Shown here: positions 12,916 through 25,297 of the stretch, in pieces
Layout: every line of letters begins with the position of its first letter
Numbering within the stretch: the first letter of the stretch is position 1
Origin: Octopus sinensis
Taxonomy: Eukaryota
Direction: 5' to 3'
Length of the DNA: 64,000 nt
Assembly: GCF_006345805.1 (NCBI RefSeq)
Contig: NC_043010.1
Span: forward strand, 40,362,001-40,426,000
Program-made: the position numbers and the translations under genes
The notes under the pieces: model-generated
Seen by the model: the letters and a program-made list of their open reading frames with translations, nothing else
What the model was told of the DNA's origin: nothing
Database searches by the model: none

Positions 12916-14800
12916 TTATTTTCTACAACTTATTTTATTCCTATACACTTTTAAGAATGTAGAAGAAAATTTATGAATGCAAAAATGAATCACGTCAGTA
13001 AATTTATTCAGAGTGTGCGGGCCATAACACCTAAGGATGGTAAGGGATTCTCTTATGCACAGCTTACACTTGTTAATATTTCCCTTGAAATTTGGGGTTT
13101 TAGAGATAATGGACCATTCTAGATAATAATTCTTATTATTTGTCTTCAAATTGTGTATATGGGATGCAATTGTTGTTGAATTACAGTATTTATCGTTAGA
13201 AAATGAGCTCATGTGTGATCTATATCTAACCTTAAAATCTACCGTGCTACCTATATAAAATGTATTTAACTTATCCTCGTCCTTGACTACACATTTATAT
13301 ATAACGTTAGTAACTAGACAGGAACCATCCAAAGGACATAATTCGGGGTTTCTACAATTACATTTCTTTCCGGGGCCTTTCCTAGTTTTATTTCTATTGT
13401 TACCTTTACTTTTTGTGTCTCCAGTTCTAGACAAGTTTCCCTCCTTCATTCCATCGAATCTTCCCTTATTACATGGGTTCGATAGACCCGGTAAAGGCAG
13501 ACTGTTTGTACCATTGGCATTAGGCGTTACAAAATTATTATACGCAGTTCCTTGGTCATCCTCAAAAGAACTTTTTTCCGCTATTCCGCCCAACAAGCTT
13601 GCATCTATTGATTGATGCAATAATGGAAGCAAAGTTAGGTTTTACAGAGTAAGAGAACTTGATCGTTGACTTGTTGCAGATGGTATAGTATTTATGATTC
13701 TTTGGGAAGTTCTCCTTCAGAATTCTAAAACACATTTTTGGTAAGTTACTTACTCTAAGGGAGAAAGGGGGAGTGAACCAAAGAACTTCCCTTATTCTAG
13801 ACCGTGAACCTCCCGTTTTGTTTAACTCCTTGTCAAAATTATTAATATTCTTATACCTGTACCTATTGCGAGTATCCCTAAACACATTACTATTCAAAGG
13901 CCTCTTATTATTGCACAGTTGGGGGGGGGGGTTCTCTGCATTTATTCATAGTATTTGTGACGTGCTTAATTGGCAAACCAGCCATTTTGTTTTTGAGTCT
14001 AGTATTAAAGATATAAAATATTTTAGATTTGAAACCACTTAATCTTAGGGCATTATTATACACCGGTGCATGCTGTTCAAACATCTTTTCATTCGCAGAT
14101 AAATTAGATATTCTAGTTGAAATTGCAGTAACGATGCTGTCTATTGTGGATTTTGGGTGATTGGATGATACATTAATATATGATGTTGATTTATTAGGCT
14201 TACGAAAGGGATAATAGAGACCGGTATTTAGACACAAGGTAACATCCAAAAAGTTTACCACCCTAGAATTAATGTCGAAGATGATGTCAAGATTAAAAAA
14301 GTCCCACAAGAAGCTTCTCAGCGATTTCTTTAATCTGTTTAATTCCGTCTTAGAAGGCCCAGCACGGCAAAAAGGGCATCATCCCTATACAATCCACCAG
14401 TAAGATGAGGGAAAATTTTCTTAATTTCAGAGAGTAGATATAGCACAACTAGGTCAGACACCTGTGCAGAATCTGATGACCCCATGGTTATATCAAAAAA
14501 ATTAGTTGTGTCTGCTCTCTGCCAGTCACTCTCGTTATAGGAGATAAGTGTTTCTCTTGTCGCCAAAATTACCCCTATATCTGACTTAGGTATCTCTACA
14601 AACCTTCTTGCAAAGATTAAGGCTTTGTTTAACAAGATTGGGCTTATAACCTATAATAATTCGAAATGTCGAATTGTATGAAATTAAGCTTAGGTTTATC
14701 TTTCTAGAGAGTCAAACCAAAGTATCATATCCTCAGTTCCTTTCCATAAGGGAAGTTGGACCTTTTCCCTCACAATTGGGATAATACTATCGATAATGAA
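12916..14800 (-). pseudogene. Penelope-like RT + GIY-YIG endonuclease ORF, broken by at least 5 frameshifts
   Basis: Consecutive ORF pieces 14339-14635, 13908-14309, 13562-13897, 12916-13632, plus upstream LPLWKGTEDMILWFD and KPKLNFIQFDISNYY in other frames. Confidence 0.92.
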
Positions 14801-15250
14801 ATAGCCATAGGGAATGTAATTTTTAACTATAAGGCCTCTCTTACTTGAAAAGTAATTTTATAAGATTTTCTAAACGATGAACTTTTATTTTATTTTACAT
14901 TATATATATTATATATTTTTTATATGTTTCATATATATATATTTTTTTTTTTATATAGTTTTATATACCTATATATTTTCATATTAATTTATACTATATT
15001 TTTACGTATTTACTTTCTAGGTGTTGAAATGTTTTTTTTTTTTTATATATTTTTCTTAATCGCTAAAGTATTAACTTTTAACCGTGATGAAATGTATTCA
15101 TACATTTTTACTCGCACTTTCTTATATGCTTGTACAGATGACTTATGTTCCATCTTCCGTGATGTTTAAATGTATATTCTATGACTAAATGTTCGAGTTA
15201 TGAAATTTTATGTGGATGACCTTGCATTTGTTTGTTCTATAACCGTAGTT

Positions 15251-15305
<55 letters not shown>

Positions 15306-16097
15306 TGCGCTTGTGAGTGTATGTATTTTTGCGTGTGTGTGCACTAGAGCTTGTGACAGTCATTATGCCAAAAATGAGTGCACGCACTGGTTCAATTTCA
15401 CTTCTTTATTATCAGTCAATTGATCTTCTTTTTAGTCCTCGACGAGTCGATCTCTGACTTAAACGATCAGCCAAGCAATCAATTATTTGCCTCATTGTCG
15501 TAATGACCCTCCCAAGATATAAAAACATTTGTTCCAACATTCGAGATCACACCAAAATTCTTGCAAAGCAAATACATAAACGCAACAAATATATGTATAT
15601 GTGTATTTGTGTTTGTGTGTATATATATATGTATGTATGCAGCATGTATGTATGAATGTATTTATGTAGGCATGCATGTAGATATGTTATATGTATGTAA
15701 AAGTTCTGAGATGAAACACAGGTAACTGGCTTAAGTTAATGATTAATATTTATGTTAATTAAAGAAATTATAATCATCACTTTACGTGGCTGTTAGGAAA
15801 ATTCCTTAGAGCGTGGAAGTTTCGCAGTAATAGTTCCGGCTCTCAATGTTCTGAGTTCGAATTCAAGCGAGACAATCATTGCATTTCATCAATTCGGGGA
15901 AGGGTGCGTGAATAATGTACCAATGTCGATTGTTTGTTTTGGGCGTTTGGGGTTTTTTTTTCTTTCTAAAGCGTTCTTCGTCTTTCTTTGAAGAAGTCCT
16001 TTGTTGCTGGAACTGGAAAAGGATGGACTTTATCAAGTGTAGAATTACCTAGAACATCCCGTGGTACATGTATCATGGCAGTGCAACCTTAAATTTA

Positions 16098-16252
16098 TCA
16101 AGGTAATGCGGGTCCAAGGTTGGGCAAATCACACGTTAATTGCATATGGGAATATCTGTTGTCGCTCAATCTGCAACAATTAAAAGCCGAATCTTGTTCC
16201 AAGTTACATCTCTTTGCCTTGAAAAAGGAAGAACCAGCAATTTCCTCTCTGT
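16098..16252 (-). CDS. Candidate exon (possibly terminal) of the unidentified minus-strand gene
   Basis: Acceptor attttacttttgtag; phase-1 open frame (D)REEIAGSSFFKAKRCNLEQDSAFNCCRLSDNRYSHMQLTCDLPNLGPALP*; phase-compatible with the donor at 20165. Confidence 0.5.
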
Positions 16253-16941
16253 CTACAAAAGTAAAATCTTTATTAATTATAGTAAGAATATGTTTGGTAA
16301 ACATGTCGCTTGAAGCAAGGTTTACCGAGGGCTAAACAACATCAACGAATTGCACACACATACAGCATACGCAAAAACATGCCACGCCCGCTAACAGTGA
16401 AATGTCGAGGCAGCTGATTCAGTTTAATACATTCGCGGTTAATAAACATTAATTATATTAAGAAGTTAGTGACACGTGATTAGTCAGACAGACATCATTA
16501 TTCTGATGACAGCACACAACTATAAATTCATCTTCGTATATTGATTAATATATAATTCATTTAGTTTCACAGATAAAAGTTTATTTTAGCTCAGGATTAA
16601 ATATACATAAGAGTACAAGATCACAAGATACTTGTTAATGCTTAATAAGCTCTTTACCCAATCTCGAGGCTTTGTGTTCAATCTCAATGCGTGGTATCAT
16701 TGAAAAGTGTCTTTTACAACAGTTTCATGTCCACCCATACATTCCATCATTTCAAAATCTCTACCAGTTATGCGTTGTAGCGCACAATATATATCTAACA
16801 CGTACGTGTGTATGAATCTGTGTTTAGACTGCTATACAGAGCAAATCATGCCATTTACTGCGGTAACAGCTTAGTAATTCTGGCCATAGTAAATGCGATC
16901 AACCCATTTTGTGATTTGTTAGGAACCTGGAAACAATTACA

Positions 16942-17157
16942 CTTTTACTCTTTTACTTGCTTCAGTCATTTGACTGCGTCCAGGCTGTAGCACCGCCTTC
17001 AGTCGAGCAAATCGACTCCAGGACGTATTCTTTGTAAGCCTAGTACTCATTCTATCGCTCTGTTTTGCTGAACCGCTAAGTTACGGGGACGCAAACACAC
17101 CAACATCGGTTGTCAAGCGATGTTGGAGGGACAAACACAAACATATACACACACATG

Positions 17158-17228
<71 letters not shown>

Positions 17229-17391
17229 ATATACGACGGGCTTCCTTCAGTTTCCGTCTACCAAATCCACTCACAAGGCTTTGGTCGGCCCGAGGCTATA
17301 GTAGAAGACACTTGCCTAAGGTGCCACGCAGTGGGAATGAACCCGGAACCATGTGGTTGGGAAGTAAGCTACTTACCAGACAGCCACTCCT
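16942..17391 (-). mobile_element. SINE family A, full length with internal CA/TA microsatellite
   Basis: Head, body and tail all present. Confidence 0.9.
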
Positions 17392-17699
17392 TGGTCACAA
17401 ACTGTGATCTCAAGATGAAAAAAAAACACAGATATGATAAAAAGGAAATCTGTCCAAAGTGAAAGTGAATTTTTTAAAAAGTGCACCGACCAACCGGTGC
17501 ACCGAGCTCACAATTTCAGTACTCTGCCTGAGTAAACTGATTTTTAGTTTCATAAGTACCACACCGAGCCATGTTTTTTAGTTATTGATATGCATGTGCT
17601 AAAGTGATGGTATGCTTAGTCCCCATGGCAATATGAATTGGGATGAGTTTGGAAAATAAACGTCTTGATTGAAACTTTATTTGAGTAAGAAAATAATTT

Positions 17700-18200
17700 C
17701 CAAATCTAAGGAACAGGCTTTATGAAGATTATTGGAGTCATATGTAATGTACAGGGTATTGCCAGTCTTTGGAATCGAATACATTCTTTGAAAGCGATTT
17801 AAAATGTGGACGACCTTCTTAGAAAATGTAAAATTGCCACATTGCTATAGAGCACACCTTGATTTGTGAAAATAGTTGCCTCATGCTATGAGATTGTGAA
17901 ACAAAGCTGGAAATGTATCTCGCTGCTAAACAAAACTGAAAATGCATGTTGCTGCTAAATTTGTGACACGTATTTTGACAGGTAGACAAAAGAGTATCGA
18001 CAGACCGTCAATCCCGAACTGTTCTATTATTGGTATAGTGATGAACACATTCTAAAAATCTCATAAGTGATGAAGTATGCGTGCACGACTCCAATGTCGA
18101 AATAAGGCAGCCATCTGGCTTTAAATCACCCTACACCCTCTTTTCCCAAAAGAAGCTCTACACCAGGATGGTGCTCGTGCTAAAAGTTATCGGTGACTTT
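17700..18200 (+). pseudogene. Possible highly decayed Tc1/mariner-superfamily transposase
   Basis: GRP codons at 17808, SDE at 18037, QDGA at 18164 in the expected order; spacing implies a deletion; no TIR found. Confidence 0.3.
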
Positions 18201-20164
18201 GATCGTTTTTTTTTTGGTGGGGTGGGGTTTCGATTGAAAGGGAGTCGTCTATCGTGAATTTGTTTCAACTGAACAATTGTGCGAATGTAAAACAACTTAA
18301 AGGAGGAGACATCAAAATACAGCCTCAAACAATTTGGATGACATGACCTATAGGGTATACAAAAGCAGGAGATTGGGTACGCATGTACAAATCTACAGAT
18401 ATACAAAGCATATATGCTTCAATAAAGCGTCTTTTCTCCTTATATGTGCGTTTGACAACGACAAGAGGAATCTCATCCCCTAGCCACCCTCTTTTCCGGA
18501 CTTGCTTTCTGTTAACTTTTCCGTAAACTTCTCTGTAAACTTTTAGCAGACAAATTTGAAATTCATTTTATTAGTGACATAGCAAACCGTGCTACGAGAC
18601 TCGTGTCCTGCCCCCAGTAAATATGTCCCAGTTTGCGTTCGAAAACTAGATATATTAGAAGTAATGTATCCTCAGTGAAGGAAATTATTTGGAAGTTTAA
18701 TTAAATTATAAGTAAAGCAATAAATTTGTTTTCATAATGTCCCGTTTATTATTGAACAGGCCTCCTTATGTGTAACCTCTACTCATGATTGTGTTACAAG
18801 ACTTGCATTTATTTCATAATTCAAAGCTGTCTACATGAGATATGATGTTCATATGAAAATTCTTCTTATAGAATCCGTAAATTGTTTTGTTGTCGTAAAT
18901 ATTAAATTCCCAAGTTTGCTTTCTAAAAGTTTAGTCTCCATACCATTAAGAAAATTTCAATATTCTCTAAGAACATTAAATTCATAAGTCACTAATGTAT
19001 ATGATCTTTTTTTAAGTGTTGACATTTTCTTATATGTTGATAAGTTTTGTATATATTTCTTTTTAGTTGCTTGCTTCTTGTTGAAATACAGCATTTGTTA
19101 TTAGATGCATATCTTTACATTGTACATTATTCAAAACTATTGGGCATGAAGTTTATTGAGAATCTATTACTTATATAAATATCTTAACAGTTCTCTCTAA
19201 TTTCCAAAAAATAAAAACCAAAATATAATATATAAATATATTTATAAATATTTAATGTTTGGAAAATATTTCAAGAAAATACCCATTGTTATCTCCCAGA
19301 AAAGATACGCGAAATGATATCTAATGCATATATAGATTCTGTAATTCAATTCTTCTTTTTTTTTCTATTACTATCTAAATAAAAAAATTGAGCTATTTAT
19401 TTCTATTTAACTGAAAACATTAAGCACGTTGACAAAATTCAGCGCCATTAATTCTGAAGAACTCGTATATATTTCGCATTTGTTGTATAATGAGTGGGTG
19501 TGGGTATCTGATTAAATAAACAATCAACATTTATCCTGTTGTTCAGAGTAAACAACACAGGTTTACTTGCAATGACGTTTGAATCCTAATCCGATTGTCA
19601 TTTGAAACCATTTCACATTACTTAGACATACTCGTTTAATATGTCCAGCAACAGCGCATGAACAGCAGTGACAGAACAGCAATAATAGAGTAAAGCACCG
19701 GTAAAGCACTAGACAGGAGTAATAGAGCACTAGTAATGGAGTAGTAGTAGTAGAGCAGAAGTTACAGATAGCTGCGATAGAGTAGCAATGAGAGAATTAA
19801 AGATAAGACGTACATTATTAACAGTTTTGTCTTAGCTATAACTTTACAAAGATACACTGAATCAGCGCTTTGAGCAAAAGAAACACTCGTTAATTGTATA
19901 TTTATGACACAGCTGAAACGATAAAAGATTTCTGGCCGCTGGTCCCTAATTTACGACTTCAATGCCGGAATGAGTCTTAAAGAGTACAAATATATTTATC
20001 TTGCTTTGATGTGAGTCTCTAATTAATCCTCAACCCTTTCGCGAGCTTTAATATTTTACATCAAGCTTCAAAACGTATGTTAATTTTATCTGAAGTGTGT
20101 AAAGTAAAGTGTCTGTGAAGAAACGAGCAATCACGGATGCCACTCCATATTTATTCAGTTTCAC

Positions 20165-20481
20165 CTACGTAACAGATGCCCTGTAGAAAAATCTCAGTGG
20201 CCACCATTGTCCAGTTGTCAATCTTTATAAAACATATATAATGGAAAGATTCCAAGGTTGTTATAGTCGAATGGTAATCGGGATAAGCTCCCATTACAGA
20301 CAATATATTCTTGTGTCTCAAATAATCTCTAACAACCAAGCCTGGTGAAACTGTTTCATACTGATAGGAGAAGGGGTAAGATAGGGTTACTGGCACCCAA
20401 AACCAGTTGCTTATTGGTTGATGAAGCTCGTCAGTCTGGAATGCAGTGTAGGTGCGAACAATTATATCTGAGACATCAGGT
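20165..20481 (-). CDS. Candidate internal exon of the unidentified minus-strand gene
   Basis: 105-codon stop-free, non-repetitive, relatively GC-rich frame PDVSDIIVRTY..NWFWVPVTLSYP..EIFLQGICYV; acceptor ttgtacag, donor TAG/GTGAAA (alternative TAC/GTAGGT). Confidence 0.6.
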
Positions 20482-20569
20482 CTGTACAATTCAGTTATGT
20501 ATTGAACAATATAATAAAATTTACATTAATAGCAGTACATATGTAATACAAGATAGTCAAAAATTTATG

Positions 20570-20718
20570 TCTTTATTGCCCACAAGGGGCTAAACATGGA
20601 GGGGACAAACAAGGACAGACAAAGGTATTGACTGGATTACAGCGACACCATTGCGTAACTGGTACTTATTTAATCGACCCAGATGAAAGGCAAAGTGAAC
20701 CTCGGCGGAATTGGAACT
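20570..20718 (-). mobile_element. SINE family D (Nin-like domain), 5'-truncated
   Basis: Homologous to 25062-25297. Confidence 0.8.
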
Positions 20719-21789
20719 GTTCACTTCTTTTCTAGAGAACGACTACATGGCCAACTAACATGGTTACATTTCCTTCTGTTATTAATCTAAACTTTTTGTT
20801 GCTATTCAGATGTTTCCCTGTATAAATTGCAAACATGTGTTCTTATATTTTTAATAATTTAACGATTGAAATGAAATTACTCAGACGAATGGCCGTGAAG
20901 CCTCACCTTCACAATTGTTTGTATCAGTACAGGTGCTAGGGTTTATAGTATAAAACTGTCTTGAAAGCAATCCGGTTCCTATGTTTTAGCGTTTGACATT
21001 ACAAATTCTTTTGTTTTGAATCGGAAAATTTGCAAAATCATATTTTCCTGCTAATTATTCTATTAACGATTATATCTAGTCTTCTTTGTAGTAGAAATCT
21101 TTAACCCAGTTGGATTTGTTTGATGTTTTGAACTATTGACATTGTTCCTATTTTTTCGAGAAAATCTTTGTTCATACCAAAGGTCTTTCAATACCATGCT
21201 TCGTAAGTACAGTATCATAACCATTGAATTTGCAATCTCTCTAATATGTGCAATTTGATGTTTTATAACTTGCCACTTAACTACCCACTTTACCATCTCA
21301 GAGATATTTTGTTGTCTCGTAGATCACAAAATCGTAACCTCTTTCAAGACAATGCCATATTCAATGTTTGATTTTTAATACCAAAGATCGAACCAGTTTT
21401 CGTTTAGACTCAATACATTGAAACTAGCGGACGTTCTGCCACCGTGCAAATTCCTCGATATCATTTTGTTTCCAAAGTTTTTATTTGCTGTATTTTATAA
21501 AGATAAAAACAGGGTTAAGCAAATATCAGAACAAAATTTGTATATATACGTGCAAAGAAATGCAACTACACCTAATGAAATAAATTACGAAATCAATGGC
21601 TGGCTAAAGCCCTTTCATAGATTATTCTGGATGGATTTTACATTTATGTAGCCTTTTCATGGAACAGTCCAATGAAGGTTAAAAAGCTGAGATTTCGAAG
21701 CATCTGACAAAAGTTTCATTATACAAATAACATTCTGTATGCGTATGTAGGCAAAGAAGAAAATATATATAAATATATAAATACATATA

Positions 21790-21859
<70 letters not shown>

Positions 21860-21985
21860 TGTGTATATACGTGCAAAATATTTATATATGCATGCATACA
21901 TACACACACACAAAGACATGTATGTATAAGTATGTGGATACATATATATAAATATACACATATCAAATACATCTGTAATATATAT

Positions 21986-22037
<52 letters not shown>

Positions 22038-22051
22038 TGTATGTATGTGTG

Positions 22052-22085
<34 letters not shown>

Positions 22086-22783
22086 TGTATGTATGTATGT
22101 ATGTATGTATGTATGTATGTGTGTGTGTATGCATACGTGCATAGGAAATTACATTGGAAATAACACCTCCGGGAAAATGGAAAAAGTCATGATAGATAAT
22201 GGTCAATCATGACAGAAACTGTATGAAAAATTTCTTCGTTAAGAAACCCCTGTAAACACGAAAAAAAATAATAACGAAAAACTGGTAGAGAAAGTACAGT
22301 AAAAATTTTACAGGAATTCTACTGCTAGGTTTTAAAGGCCATAGAAAAAACGAATATCTGCAACGCAAGAATTCTGAGGAATAGAATTTGTAGTATTATC
22401 AATGTCTTAAATAGGTCGCATGTTAAATACAAGCATAAAAAGTCTAGCGAGGCAGCAAAGAAGCAGTAGGAAATTCTGGAGAAAATATATTAATGAAAGA
22501 AGCTATGTGAAATGTTAGAGTATAAAAAATATGAAAAGCTGTTCAACCGAAATGTTTCTTGGAAAGAAAATTGTAGAATCGGAGTCAGAAGAACAGCAAA
22601 AGAGGGATCAAAGGTGCTGGGTTGAGATCTAAATTAAGAGGGAGCGTGAATAAATGCGATGACAATATCCAGTGATAGGTATATGGAAAGAAAAAAAAAT
22701 TTGAGAGAAGCATTTTCTAAAAATGCAAGATATTAGGGCTGTGAATTTTATAAATTATGGTACAAATTTGAAGTATGATGAGA

Positions 22784-22878
<95 letters not shown>

Positions 22879-22926
22879 TAATAATAATATAATAATAATA
22901 ATATAATAATAATAATATATTATTAA

Positions 22927-22962
<36 letters not shown>
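22784..22962. repeat. (TAA)n/(TTA)n microsatellite
   Basis: Directly visible. Confidence 0.97.
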
Positions 22963-22963
<1 letters not shown>

Positions 22964-23253
22964 ACCCCAAGACAAACCAACTAAATAAGAACCGATGAGA
23001 AATATACAAAAATTATATAGTTACGTAAGATGGTAATTGCCTTAGTGGTGTATGGAATGGAACCAAATTGCATGCAAAATGAAATTATTAGAAGATAGTT
23101 TGTGAAAGGAGATACATGAGATAAAAAAAAAATTGAATACGGATTAAAAGATTTGAAAATTGAGAAATTGATATAATACTCCAGATAAAATTCTGTTTTT
23201 AGAATTTCAGCTGAAACCTGTTGTACAAAAGTAGTTAGCGTTAATATAATTTA

Positions 23254-23458
23254 AGGTGGCGAGCTCTCGTTGGCAAAATGCTTAGCTACATTTCATCCGT
23301 CTTCACGTTCTGAGTTCGAATTCCACCGAGCTCAACTTTTCCTTTCCTCGTTTCGGGATCGATAAAATAGGTACCAGTTGAACGCTGGAGTTCGATGTTA
23401 TTGACTTAGCTCCTCCCCCAAAATTTCTGGCGTTGTACCAAAATTTGAAACCAATATT
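23254..23458 (+). mobile_element. SINE family D variant, diverged
   Basis: ggtggcgagct..gttctgagttcgaattccaccgag..cctttcc..gatcgataaaataggtaccagtt. Confidence 0.75.
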
Positions 23459-23674
23459 ACTTAGCTGATATGTTGCTCGGCTATGATTTCGACTCTCTGT
23501 GTTTTCAAGAAGAAATTCTCTCCTTGTGTTTACCTAATACATTATATTTGCAAATTCAGAGAACCACCATTTAGACGTCAAACGTTAAATGCTCATCCGT
23601 TAATAATCTTTTGATTACCTTTTGAAGTAGATATAAGTTTGCATAAAACTATTTTCATCGCGTCATCTAAGAAA

Positions 23675-24183
23675 TCTATATATATAAAACTGTAGTTGTG
23701 TGAGTGTCTGTCCCCTTCGATTTAGATTCCTAACTACTCCCACATTTTGCGGTGCAGTTTAACCAAATTCGGGTATCTTATAGTTGTGATTCATATCAAG
23801 CCCGTCTGCGTATTAACGCGCGTCTACGATGAGTCTACGATTTTAAAAATAATTTAACATCATTTTTTATTCCATTTTAATGCATAATTTTTCGTGTGTC
23901 GATGGCGGCGGAGTTCGCGTCCATGGTCACACCTGCACCTGTTTGCTTCTCCCCCTTCTTCCCTCCCTCGTGAAGCTGTGGGGAAGTGTAAGGAAATCAA
24001 CGTCGTAAAGCGTTGTCAAGGAGACCAGCGTTCTTTTAGAACAACGACTTCATGGCTTGAAGACACCAAAACAGAAATGGCTAAGAAAGCCCGAATTGGC
24101 ATCTATAAGGGAAGTAACTCTCTAAAAATGCTTATATAGTTATTTCCCTTACAAACCCGAGCAACGCCGGGCGATACTGCTAG
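23675..24183 (+). mobile_element. Non-autonomous Helitron
   Basis: Starts TC after A, ends CTAG before T; subterminal cccgagcaacgccggg hairpin; termini shared with 51331-51719. Confidence 0.85.
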
Positions 24184-24227
24184 TAACTTATCTAAGAAGT
24201 AAATTAGATAAGAAGTAAAACATCAAA

Positions 24228-24480
24228 ATGGTGTATTCCCTGTTCACCCAAACTGATAGAACAAAAAATCAAAATAGTTATACGAATTATCAAATATCTT
24301 CATTTTCTGTTGCCGTTAAAATCTATAAGGCAACGAAGAAGAAACTGATTAAACGAAATGAAGAATCAAATCAACCAATCTTCTCTAACATTTATATAGA
24401 TGACGGAATAGAAATATTTGCATCTAAAGAACATTATATAACATAGAAGGACCATATGCTAAGTTCTTAAATAAACTTTC
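24228..24480 (+). pseudogene. Possible decayed Penelope-type RT fragment
   Basis: SVAVKIY..KLI..QPIFSNIYIDDGIEIF resembles the PLE region leading into the YxDD motif. Confidence 0.3.
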
Positions 24481-24701
24481 CACTAAACAAACTAACAACG
24501 CGAAAACTATCAGGAAAACTACAGGGAACATTAAACACAGTTATTCAAAGACACTGTGGAACAGTAAACTTCATGCTATGGAACCGATGCTTTCAATATC
24601 CATTCTAAGCTTGGTTGTTCCTGGCACCTCTACCCTGCCATAATGTATTGATGTAGATAATAAATATCATAGTGTGATAGAATTCTTTGTACAGACTAAT
24701 G

Positions 24702-24955
24702 CAGTGGTGCCCAACCATTTTGTCTATGGACCAGTTTGATTGCTATTTTACTCAAGTGGTATTTGATGTCTGATAACTCCTTTTCTATTTTCCTCTTATA
24801 TTTTTTATGAATAGATCTTATTGGGAATTGAATTAATATTGTTTCTGTATGTTGTGTATTGTAGAAATATAACCAGTTTATTTGCACATAAATTCTAACA
24901 ACAAAACCCTTTATGGCCCCTTAAGCGCCATAAGAACTCCGGTTGAGAACCACTG
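24702..24955. mobile_element. hAT (Charlie/Ac-like) MITE
   Basis: TIRs cagtggtgcccaacc and ggttgagaaccactg; flanking 8-mers gactaatg/atttaaag are only a degenerate TSD. Confidence 0.65.
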
Positions 24956-25061
24956 ATTTAAAGCAATCACTTGAATTCATCACTTCCTTTCAGCCCATTT
25001 CCTTTTCGAAACCGCCCCCAAACCGAGTAATTAGTTAGAACCCATCACTAAAATACTTTCT

Positions 25062-25297
25062 TATTTCTTTATTGCCCACAAGGGGCTAAACATAGAGGGG
25101 ACAAACAAGGACAGACAAACGGATTAAGTCGATTATATCGAACTCCAGTGCGTAACTGGTACTTAATTTATCGACCCCGAAAGGATGAAAGGCAAAGTCG
25201 ATCTCGGCGGAATTTGAACTCAGAACGTAATGGCAGACGAAATACGGCTACGCATTTCGCCCGGCGTGCTAACAGTTCTGCAAGTTCGCCGCCTTAC
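25062..25297 (-). mobile_element. SINE family D (Nin-like domain), full length with perfect 16-bp TSD
   Basis: TSD cactaaaatactttct at 25046-25061 and 25298-25313; head ggcggcgaac..gttctgagttcaaattccgccgag; core gcctttcatcctttcggggtcgataaa. Confidence 0.93.

Larger units (their letters stand above)
12147..15258 (-). mobile_element. Penelope-like retroelement (C-terminal GIY-YIG type), 5'-truncated, bounded by inverted arms
   Basis: RT motifs FIQFDI, FDITMGSSDSAQVSDLV, GLYRDD, VNFLDVTL, SNHP; linker CNC..CPLDGSC; endonuclease VIY..YIG, RYRSH, CKLC..E; arms 12147-~12608 and ~14797-15258 are reverse complements. Confidence 0.93.

Noticed and set aside
20230-20330. LRHKNILSVMG..W..LQGICY resembling a protein kinase or guanylyl-cyclase kinase-homology segment
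   Set aside because: Spacing is about 10 residues too short, and no VAIK, HRD or DFG equivalents are found in adjacent exons.
22150-22700. Purine-rich tract resembling a decayed LINE ORF2 (KYEKLFNRNVSW)
   Set aside because: Only one weak motif; too degraded to support a call.
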